Shown: one piece after another, positions 14,408 through 21,092 of the stretch
How positions within the stretch are numbered: position 1 is the first letter of the stretch
How the letters are laid out: each line of letters starts with the position of its first letter
Virus record (IMG/VR): IMGVR_UViG_3300016484_000447
Location: 1 to 23,772 of that record
Direction: 5' to 3' (one strand)
DNA: 23,772 nt
DNA from: a virus
Taxonomy: Duplodnaviria; Heunggongvirae; Uroviricota; Caudoviricetes
Position numbers and translations under genes: made by a program
The notes under the pieces: model-generated
What the model was told of the DNA's origin: nothing
Database searches by the model: none
What the model saw: only the letters and a program-made list of their open reading frames with translations

Positions 14408-14652
14408 TGTTCTTTGATAGTCGCTTCGGAATACCGAAAGAGAAACACCGCGAGAGGGGCAGGGGCTAGCACACCTCCCCGAAAGGTGAAAAGTCGGAAT
14501 TCAAAGCAACGGGGACGTTGCTGGCGAAACAGGATCGGAGTTGGCGGAAGGCACCGGGCTGAGTAACCCGGAGAAGCCACCCTTGAACTCTACGACTGAC
14601 GCATTCGCCCGAAGGCAAACGGTAATCCGACCGGAGCGACTTTCAAAGAGCA
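14408..14652 (+). ncRNA. Candidate structured RNA B (245 nt)
   Basis: ~21-bp closing stem 14408-14429/14631-14652; nested helices, GNRA-type loops. Confidence 0.7.
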
Positions 14653-14655
14653 TTT

Positions 14656-14727
14656 GCGGGTTGTCAATGGAGTACGTTTGGCCTTCCAAGCCGAAAGAGG
14701 CAGGTTCGACCCCTGTAGCCCGCTCCA
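14656..14727 (+). tRNA. tRNA-Gly(TCC) with degenerate D-arm
   Basis: GCGGGTT/AGCCCGC acceptor, U73-CCA, TCC anticodon; 72 nt, D-stem barely pairs. Confidence 0.8.
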
Positions 14728-14734
14728 AAGAATT

Positions 14735-15060
14735 TTCGATGTAGCACGGAAGACGCCTGCTAAGGTTGCGGGTAGTCACGGAAGATGCGAAGCACTGCTA
14801 CGGTGCTAGCCCGAAACTACTGAGGATTTGCGGCCCTACTGCACACAGGCCATAAGGTAGAAAAACGAAGTGCCCGCAACGTTATCGAAGGAATACGGAC
14901 GAAAGTGGCCTGAAAAGAACACTAGACGGACTAGCTTCGACATAAAGCGGTAGAGATGCCCGAGCGGTGACAGCGTAAGCTGATAGCGTCGGATCGACAG
15001 GGACAATAACCCGGCAAATCCTGTTCATCTCAGCCAATGACTGTAGGCTATAAAACAGTC
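14735..15060 (+). ncRNA. Candidate structured RNA C (~330 nt) with kissing loop, pseudoknot and repeated ANGGA motifs
   Basis: Helices 14735-40/14884-89, 14765-72/14873-80, 14953-58/15026-31; loop-loop CAGGCCA/TGGCCTG; 3' H-type pseudoknot. Confidence 0.6.
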
Positions 15061-15063
15061 GAT

Positions 15064-15140
15064 GGGTGCGGTAGCTCAACTGGCAGAGCAACGGATTCCA
15101 AATCCGTAGGTTGTAGGTTCGACTCCTACCCCATTCGCCA
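15064..15140 (+). tRNA. tRNA-Trp(CCA) with weak acceptor stem
   Basis: Canonical D, anticodon and T arms; acceptor has 2 G-U pairs, a C-C mismatch and one extra connector base. Confidence 0.8.
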
Positions 15141-15144
15141 GTTC

Positions 15145-15235
15145 TGTCCTGCACGCAGCGCATGTCTCCAAACTAGAGGTTGCCCCGCCTTGAGTGGCCG
15201 GGCAATAGTACAGGCAATGCACGCTGCGGCAGGCA
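15145..15235 (+). ncRNA. Candidate branched hairpin RNA D (~90 nt)
   Basis: CCTGC-ACGCAGCG-CAT pairs with ATG-CA-CGCTGCG-GCAGG; internal TTGCCC/GGGCAA hairpin. Confidence 0.45.
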
Positions 15236-15241
15236 TTTTTT

Positions 15242-15355
15242 AAGCGGTGGCGCAATCTCGTGCCGCTTGCAACTTGCGCCCTAACAGCGGTGCCGTGTAT
15301 CGCGGCCTTGCTAGCTGCGTTGCGGATCAAACGAGATGCGGGAGTGCGGTTGCAC
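15242..15355 (+). ncRNA. Candidate multiply pseudoknotted RNA E (~115 nt)
   Basis: Crossing helices GGCGCAA/TTGCGCC, TCTCGT/ACGAGA, AAGCGGT/GCCGCTT. Confidence 0.5.
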
Positions 15356-15361
15356 CAATGT

Positions 15362-15437
15362 TGGCCGGTAGCTCAGTTGGTAGAGCACAGGGCTTTGATC
15401 CCTGGTGTCCTTGGTTCGAGTCCAAGTCGGTCTGCCA
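15362..15437 (+). tRNA. tRNA-Gln(TTG)
   Basis: Cloverleaf, U1-U72 mismatch, G73, CCA. Confidence 0.9.
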
Positions 15438-15439
15438 GT

Positions 15440-15515
15440 TGCGGGGTAGCTCAGTCGGTAGAGCGCCGGGCTCATAACCCGGATGTCGTCGGTTCGATCC
15501 CGGCCCCCGCAACCA
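15440..15515 (+). tRNA. tRNA-Met(CAT), initiator-like
   Basis: CAT anticodon, three consecutive G-C pairs at the base of the anticodon stem, U1-A72. Confidence 0.9.
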
Positions 15516-15516
15516 C

Positions 15517-15545
15517 TTGACAAGTAGCGCGTATTGTGCTACAAT
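15517..15545 (+). promoter_or_regulatory. Internal promoter of the tRNA operon
   Basis: TTGACA-N17-TACAAT with TGTGC. Confidence 0.85.
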
Positions 15546-15563
15546 TCTCATACGTAAGAAATT

Positions 15564-15640
15564 GCCCTGCTAGCTCAGTTGGTTAGAGCGGATGATTGTC
15601 GATCATCAGGCCAGCGGTTCGAGTCCGCTGCGGGGCGCCA
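15564..15640 (+). tRNA. tRNA-Asp(GTC)
   Basis: Cloverleaf, G73, CCA. Confidence 0.95.
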
Positions 15641-15641
15641 T

Positions 15642-15717
15642 TGCCGGATAACTCAGTTGGTAGAGTAACCGCCCGATAAGCGGTAAGTCCTTGGTTCGAG
15701 TCCGAGTCTGGCAACCA
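15642..15717 (+). tRNA. tRNA-Ile(GAT) with C33
   Basis: Cloverleaf; anticodon loop CC-GAT-AA. Confidence 0.9.
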
Positions 15718-15723
15718 AACAAC

Positions 15724-15799
15724 GTCCTCATAGTTTAATCGGTTAGAACGCTGGACTTTCAATCCGGTAATTCGGGTTCGATCCCCGATGAGGGCTCCA
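15724..15799 (+). tRNA. tRNA-Glu(TTC)
   Basis: Cloverleaf, CT-TTC-AA loop, U discriminator, CCA. Confidence 0.9.
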
Positions 15800-15805
15800 T
15801 TCAGT

Positions 15806-15881
15806 AGTCTTGTAGCTCAGTTGGTAGAGCGGCGCACTGTTAATGCGTTGGTCGCGGGTTCGATCCCTGCCTTGACTGCCA
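15806..15881 (+). tRNA. tRNA-Asn(GTT)
   Basis: Cloverleaf, two U-U mismatches in acceptor stem, CCA. Confidence 0.9.
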
Positions 15882-15890
15882 GAACATATC

Positions 15891-15961
15891 GGGCTGTTAT
15901 CTGGGGAGACTCTAGGCTTTGCAAGCCCGGGGGAAGGGTTCGATTCCCTTACGGTCCACCA
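15891..15961 (+). tRNA. tRNA-Ala(TGC) with miniature D-arm (71 nt)
   Basis: G3-U70 alanine identity pair, A73-CCA, TT-TGC-AA loop, D-arm reduced to TCT-GGGG-AGA. Confidence 0.8.
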
Positions 15962-15963
15962 TT

Positions 15964-16041
15964 CAGTGTGTATTGTCAATCTGGTAGACGGCCGGGCCAG
16001 GAACCCGGAGGTTGTAGGTTCGATTCCTGCCGCACTGACCA
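15964..16041 (+). tRNA. tRNA-Pro(AGG) with A34 and C33
   Basis: C1-G72, A73 proline identity; loop CC-AGG-AA; CCA. Confidence 0.85.
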
Positions 16042-16050
16042 AACACAACG

Positions 16051-16115
16051 CCAACTACAGCCAGCGCCTACGCTGTTTCTCTTTCTCCTTGGGCAAGGGT
16101 GCTGGCTATAGTTGG
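16051..16115 (+). other. Long hairpin with pyrimidine-rich (anti-SD-like) loop in the tRNA operon trailer
   Basis: CCAACTA-C-AGCCAGCGCC / GGTGCTGGCT-A-TAGTTGG stem, loop contains GTTTCTCTTTCTCCTT. Confidence 0.6.
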
Positions 16116-16123
16116 TGACACGG

Positions 16124-16157
16124 CCCCTGTCGTCCGTTGGACGCTCAGGGGTTTTTT
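16124..16157 (+). terminator. Rho-independent terminator ending the tRNA operon, directly before the terL RBS
   Basis: CCCCTG-TCGTCC-GTT-GGACG-CT-CAGGGG plus TTTTTT. Confidence 0.8.
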
Positions 16158-16170
16158 CATTGGAGGTCGC

Positions 16171-17661
16171 ATGAAGGTGAAGCCGAAAGCCGCTCCCAAA
16201 GAGCGCATGGTCTTCGCTCCTTGCAGCCGCAAGCAACAGTTGATCCTGTTGGATGACTCGACAGACATTCTACTCTGCGGCGGCGGTGCTGGGGGCGGGA
16301 AGTCGCATACGTGTCTGACAAAGGCACTCAAGTACATCAATGACCCCGCAGCGCGGGTTCTGATCGTCCGTCGAACCTACCCGATGTTGAAGATTTCGGG
16401 CGGTCTGTGGGACGAGTCGAAGAAAATCTACCGTCACTTCGGCGGCGTGCCGAAGATTCAGAAGCTGACCTGGGAGTTCCCAAACGGGGCAACGATCCAG
16501 TTTGCTGCCATCCCGGATGACCTGTCCGAGTGGCAAGGTCTTCAGGCCACGAACATCCTCGTGGACGAGTCAGCAGAGTTCACGCAGGAAGAGATTCTGT
16601 TCCTTGCCTCGCGTCTTCGTGGCGCGGACTACAAGGGGCACCTGAACGTCACGATGACGTGCAACCCTTCTCGGGACTCCTTCCTGTACGAGTGGGTGAA
16701 ATACTCGCTGGATGAAACCACAGGCGTCCCGAACGAGGGCACCGAGGACATCGTGCGGTACTTCATCAACGTCGGCGGCAAGATTTACTGGTCGTCGGTG
16801 TCGAAGGATGACCTCTGGGAGCGTTACGGTGAGCCTATGGGCCTCATCCGCTACCACGAGGACGAGAAGAAGATCAACTTCCTGCCGATGTCGTTCCGGT
16901 TCATCCCGCTGACGATCTACGACAACCCGATCCTGCTGAAGAACAACCCGCAGTATCTGGCGAACCTGCTTTCGCAGCCTCGCGTCAACCAGTTGCGTTA
17001 CCTGCACGGGTCGTGGACTGCGCGAGCGGAAGGCTCTGGATTCTTCCGGCGAGAGTGGGTGGAGGTCGTTGACCACGCACCGGCAGACTTCACGTACAAC
17101 CGTGTCCGTTCTTGGGACTTTGCGGCGTCGATTCCATCGGAGTCGAACCCGAACCCCGACTGGACGGCTGGCGTCAAGATGTCCCGAGACAAGTTCGGGT
17201 ACTACTACGTCGAGGACGTGAACCGCTTCCGAAAACTGTCAGATGGCGTCATCAAGGAAGTCATCAAGACAGCCGAGAGCGACGGGCTAGACCAGACGGT
17301 CACGATCCCGAAAGACCCTGGTGCTGGCGGAAAGACGGCGAACGCCTTCCAACTGCGCACACTAGCGGAGCATGGTATCACAGCCAAGTCTGTTGTGGTC
17401 AGCGGTCACAGCGGGAAGATTGCCCGCTTCACACCGTTCTGCACGCTGGCAGAAGCTGGGTTTGTCCGCGTCGTGCGTGGAGACTGGAACGAGGCTTGGT
17501 TCACCGAGCTTGAACTGTTCGAGGGTCTTCGGACGCAGAAGGATGACCAAGTTGACGCGACAGCGGACGCCTTCAACACGCTGTCCAAGTCGGTCGTGCT
17601 TCCGACCATCGCAGTACCAAAACTTGAACAAAGTAGCCCGATTCCCACCGTAGGTACTTGA
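16171..17661 (+). CDS. terL: Terminase large subunit (496 aa)
   Basis: Walker A GGAGGGKS, Walker B ILVDES, MTCNP coupling motif, RSWDFA and DDQVDA nuclease motifs; GGAGG SD before ATG 16171. Confidence 0.95.
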   Translation: MKVKPKAAPKERMVFAPCSRKQQLILLDDSTDILLCGGGAGGGKSHTCLTKALKYINDPAARVLIVRRTYPMLKISGGLWDESKKIYRHFGGVPKIQKLTWEFPNGATIQFAAIPDDLSEWQGLQATNILVDESAEFTQEEILFLASRLRGADYKGHLNVTMTCNPSRDSFLYEWVKYSLDETTGVPNEGTEDIVRYFINVGGKIYWSSVSKDDLWERYGEPMGLIRYHEDEKKINFLPMSFRFIPLTIYDNPILLKNNPQYLANLLSQPRVNQLRYLHGSWTARAEGSGFFRREWVEVVDHAPADFTYNRVRSWDFAASIPSESNPNPDWTAGVKMSRDKFGYYYVEDVNRFRKLSDGVIKEVIKTAESDGLDQTVTIPKDPGAGGKTANAFQLRTLAEHGITAKSVVVSGHSGKIARFTPFCTLAEAGFVRVVRGDWNEAWFTELELFEGLRTQKDDQVDATADAFNTLSKSVVLPTIAVPKLEQSSPIPTVGT

Positions 17662-17687
17662 CAGATGGTGGGTTGACGTGCTATAAT
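17658..17687 (+). promoter_or_regulatory. Promoter for portal/head operon overlapping the terL stop
   Basis: TTGACA-N18-TATAAT, GTGC before -10. Confidence 0.85.
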
Positions 17688-17710
17688 TCCAAAACATGAA
17701 GGAGTGATAC

Positions 17711-19225
17711 ATGCCTGACAACAAAGCGTCGGATGACGCTATCAGCGCAGCAGCCCTTCAGCCTGATCCCGGAATGGTGATCCCCCGTATCCAACTGGGG
17801 GAGCAAGGCGTTCTCGGCCTGAAGGTGACTCACAAGCGGATCATGGAAGAGGCTCAAGCCGCCTTCCGCTACCCCGCCTTCATCGGAACTGTCAACGAGA
17901 TGCGCAACAACCCCACTGTTGGTGCTGCGATGAACGTGTACAGGATGATGATTTCCCGCGTCCAGTGGGATGTCGAGCCCCCGGTCGAAGCGACTGACGT
18001 TGACAAGCAACGTGCAGAAATCATCCGAACGATGATGCACGACATGGAACACTCCTGGGGCGCCTTCGTAGAGAGCGTGATCCCGTACCTTGAGTACGGC
18101 TTCGCCATCAACGAAATCGTCCTACGCCGCCGACTGAAGCGGAACGGTTCCAAGTTCAACGACGGGCTGGTCGGACTGAAGAAGCTTGCGCCGCGAAGCC
18201 AAGACACCATCTGCGGGTGGGTCTTTTCGGACGATGGCGCAGACCTCGTTGCAGTCGAGCAAAGCCTGAAGCACACTACCAACTCCGCCCGGTTCGCAAA
18301 CCGGACGAACGAGAACGGTACACTGACCATCGACAGGGAGAAGTTCCTGCTGTTCAGTGCGAGTGCGACAAAGGGCAACCCCGAGGGGACTTCGCTCTAC
18401 AAGAACATCTACCTTGCATTCAAGCAGATGACTCTGCTGCAAAACCAAGAGCTTCTTGGAATTGCCAAGGACGTGCAAGGCATCCTGAAGATCGCTATTC
18501 CGCCTCGATACCTTGATCCGAACGCTTCGCCGGAAGATCAAGCTGTCGTGTCGGCCTTCCAGACGATCATCGACAACTACAACGCTGGGACGCAGCGGGG
18601 CCTTCTGGTTCCGAACATGATCGACCCGGAATCGAAGCTGCCGCTTTTCACCTATGACCTCATGGAGTCGAAGGGTGGGGCGAAGTACGATACCGAAGCA
18701 GTCATCAAGCGTCTTCAAGGGGACATCCTCTCTGCGTTGAGTGTTGACATTCTGAAGCTTGGCTCTGAAGGGTCTGGCTCGTTCTCCCTGGCTGAGAGCA
18801 AGAGTTCGGTGCTGGCACTTGCCATCGACTACCGGCTCAAGGAAATCGCCGAGGTGCTGAACAGCCATCTCATGCGTACATTGTACGAGATGAATGGCTG
18901 GGACACAACCAACATGGCGCGTTTCAGCTACAAGGACGTTGAGGAAGTCAGTCTGGAAGAGTTCAGCAAGGCGATCCAACGCATCTTCTCGACAAGCGCA
19001 ATCGAAGTTGACCGCGAGGTTCTCAACCGTGTGCGTACAGTCTTGGGCATCGACCCTCGACCCGATGACGAAGAAGTGGACAAAGACAACCTGCCCGCCA
19101 ACCTGACTGGCAACAAGTCAGCGGCGGGGGCTGGAATGGAAGTTGGCACCACCGGAAACGGGACTGCCAAGAACCCGAACGGTCAGCAAGATTCGTCCGC
19201 GAACAACGCTGACAACACTGACTAG
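17711..19225 (+). CDS. Portal protein (504 aa)
   Basis: Size and position between terL and protease; GS.SLA motif typical of DUF935-type portals. Confidence 0.85.
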   Translation: MPDNKASDDAISAAALQPDPGMVIPRIQLGEQGVLGLKVTHKRIMEEAQAAFRYPAFIGTVNEMRNNPTVGAAMNVYRMMISRVQWDVEPPVEATDVDKQRAEIIRTMMHDMEHSWGAFVESVIPYLEYGFAINEIVLRRRLKRNGSKFNDGLVGLKKLAPRSQDTICGWVFSDDGADLVAVEQSLKHTTNSARFANRTNENGTLTIDREKFLLFSASATKGNPEGTSLYKNIYLAFKQMTLLQNQELLGIAKDVQGILKIAIPPRYLDPNASPEDQAVVSAFQTIIDNYNAGTQRGLLVPNMIDPESKLPLFTYDLMESKGGAKYDTEAVIKRLQGDILSALSVDILKLGSEGSGSFSLAESKSSVLALAIDYRLKEIAEVLNSHLMRTLYEMNGWDTTNMARFSYKDVEEVSLEEFSKAIQRIFSTSAIEVDREVLNRVRTVLGIDPRPDDEEVDKDNLPANLTGNKSAAGAGMEVGTTGNGTAKNPNGQQDSSANNADNTD

Positions 19226-19232
19226 GAAAGAC

Positions 19233-20090
19233 ATGCGGCAACCTCACAGCCTCTTCCGGCTGTCGCAGCGAGTCTACAACACACCTCACCTAATCACGCC
19301 GCAGGCCCTGTCTGTCGTGCTTGACTACTTCGAGCGCCGGAATCTCCAAGATTTCCGACTCGACATGATCGAGCCCGCAGAAGCGCCTGACGATCAAGAG
19401 GATGACGACGACGGCATGACGCCAGACATCGGCATCCTCTGCGTGGACGGAAGTCTCACATACCGTCCTGTGATGACGCTGTGTGGCGAAGTCGGCACAA
19501 GCTATCAGTCTCTCGTTGACAAGACGGAAGACATGATCGAAGCGGGTGTCAAGACCATCGTCATGTGGGCGTCGTCTGGCGGTGGTGAAGCGAGCCATGT
19601 GTTCGAGACTGCGAACGACATCCGCTCCCTGTGCGATGAAAACGGTGTCCAGCTTGTCGGCTACGCCGACACGATGGCCTGCTCTGCGGCATACGCGCTC
19701 CTGTGCGTGTGCGACGTGGTGATCGCAAACCCTTCCGCTGACCTCGGCTCCATCGGCTGCGTCGTGGCCTTGATGGACACATCGAAGGCAATGGAGAAGG
19801 CAGGGCTCAAGCGAATCTTCATCACGTCTGGCGAGAACAAGGTTCCGTTCGACGCAGATGGTGCTTTCAAGGACTCGTTCCTCGAAGACATCCAAGCTGA
19901 AGTTGACCGACTGAACGACGAGTTCGCGGCCCACGTCAGCGCACACACCAACCTCTCTGTCGATGCCATCAAGGGCTTCGAGGCCAAGGTCTTCAACGCT
20001 GCTGAAGCGAAGAAGCGTGGCCTGTGCGATGCCGTGATGACAGCGAAGGAGTTCTCGCAATACCTCGCGCAAGCGAAAGGAAACACATGA
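19233..20090 (+). CDS. Prohead maturation protease, S49 family (285 aa)
   Basis: SGGGEA, ACSAAYAL, GSIGCV motifs; follows portal. Confidence 0.9.
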   Translation: MRQPHSLFRLSQRVYNTPHLITPQALSVVLDYFERRNLQDFRLDMIEPAEAPDDQEDDDDGMTPDIGILCVDGSLTYRPVMTLCGEVGTSYQSLVDKTEDMIEAGVKTIVMWASSGGGEASHVFETANDIRSLCDENGVQLVGYADTMACSAAYALLCVCDVVIANPSADLGSIGCVVALMDTSKAMEKAGLKRIFITSGENKVPFDADGAFKDSFLEDIQAEVDRLNDEFAAHVSAHTNLSVDAIKGFEAKVFNAAEAKKRGLCDAVMTAKEFSQYLAQAKGNT

Positions 20091-20620
20091 AGCCTGAATC
20101 CACACTGGGTCGGCTGCTGAAGGGCTGGGGCGCTGCCCCCGCTGCTGAAGCTGTCCAACCTGAAGCCCTGGCGGCACTCCAAGCGGAGTTCGACGCATTC
20201 CGTGCAACTGCTGAGTCGGACATCGCTGAAATCGGCGCGAAGCTGACTGAAGCCCTGGACGCACTGAAGACAGTCGAAGCTGCCCGTGACGAACTGGCCG
20301 CAAAGCTGCAATCCGCTGAAGCGGAAGCTGCTGCGAAGGCCGAAGCGGAAGCTGCTGCGAAGCTGCAAGCCCGCAAGACCAAGATCGAAGCTGCTGTCGG
20401 CACCGAACGTGCAGACGCTGTGTTCGCTGCTGTGAACGGCATGGACGACGCCCAATTCGAGGCAGTGCTGTCGGCGATGACTGTCGCTGGCGCCTCGGAA
20501 GCCAAGTCCAAGATGTTCGCAGAGCAAGGTGCTGACCTCGACGCTGACCCGGCTGCGGCTGCGGCTGGCCCGTCGAAGGAAATGCAAATCCTGCGTGCCA
20601 AGTACGGCAACGCCAACTGA
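20087..20620 (+). CDS. Capsid scaffolding protein (177 aa)
   Basis: Ala/Glu-rich coiled coil with duplicated EAEAAAK; ATGA overlap with protease. Confidence 0.75.
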   Translation: MKPESTLGRLLKGWGAAPAAEAVQPEALAALQAEFDAFRATAESDIAEIGAKLTEALDALKTVEAARDELAAKLQSAEAEAAAKAEAEAAAKLQARKTKIEAAVGTERADAVFAAVNGMDDAQFEAVLSAMTVAGASEAKSKMFAEQGADLDADPAAAAAGPSKEMQILRAKYGNAN

Positions 20621-20642
20621 TCCCACCTGAAAAGGAAACGAA

Positions 20643-21056
20643 ATGACTGTTCTCGCAACAGAATCGACTCGCCTGAGCGGCGTCGTCAAGTACGAATTCG
20701 AGCCTGCCCTGGGCTACACCCGTGAATCGGTGGTCATCAATGACCCCACCGCGCAGACGTACAAGGTCGGCGCCGTGCTGGGCAAGATCACTGCCTCGGG
20801 CAAGTACCGTCTGGCTCTCTCGGCTTCGGCTGACGGCTCGCAGACCCCGGCTGGCGTGTACATCGCTGACGGCATGGGCCTGAGCGGCGACCTCGCTGTG
20901 GCTGCTGCCACCGACACCAAGGCAGTCGCCATCACTCGCGGCCCGGTGATCTTCGCCGACGCTGGCCTGCAACTGGGCACCGGCATCACGCTGGCTGCTG
21001 TCAAGACCGCTTTCGCTGCGATCAACCCGCAGATGATCGTGGAAACCGCCGTCTAA
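20643..21056 (+). CDS. Head decoration protein (lambda gpD-like, 137 aa)
   Basis: Position before MCP; G.VLGKITASGKY and DGSQ.P.GV motifs. Confidence 0.8.
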   Translation: MTVLATESTRLSGVVKYEFEPALGYTRESVVINDPTAQTYKVGAVLGKITASGKYRLALSASADGSQTPAGVYIADGMGLSGDLAVAAATDTKAVAITRGPVIFADAGLQLGTGITLAAVKTAFAAINPQMIVETAV

Positions 21057-21092
21057 TCGACCGGCTGAACCAAACACAGAAAGGATCATAGC

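Noticed and set aside
14813-14826. Hammerhead-like core words GAAAC and CTGAGGA
   Set aside because: Only 2 nt apart, leaving no room for stems I/III in any hammerhead permutation
13974-16236. Many 60-140 aa ORFs on both strands across the tRNA cluster
   Set aside because: Overlap clear tRNA cloverleafs or structured spacers; no SD or coding bias
20317-20365. 21-bp direct repeat in the scaffold gene
   Set aside because: Simply encodes a duplicated EAEAAAK helix; ordinary for scaffolding proteins
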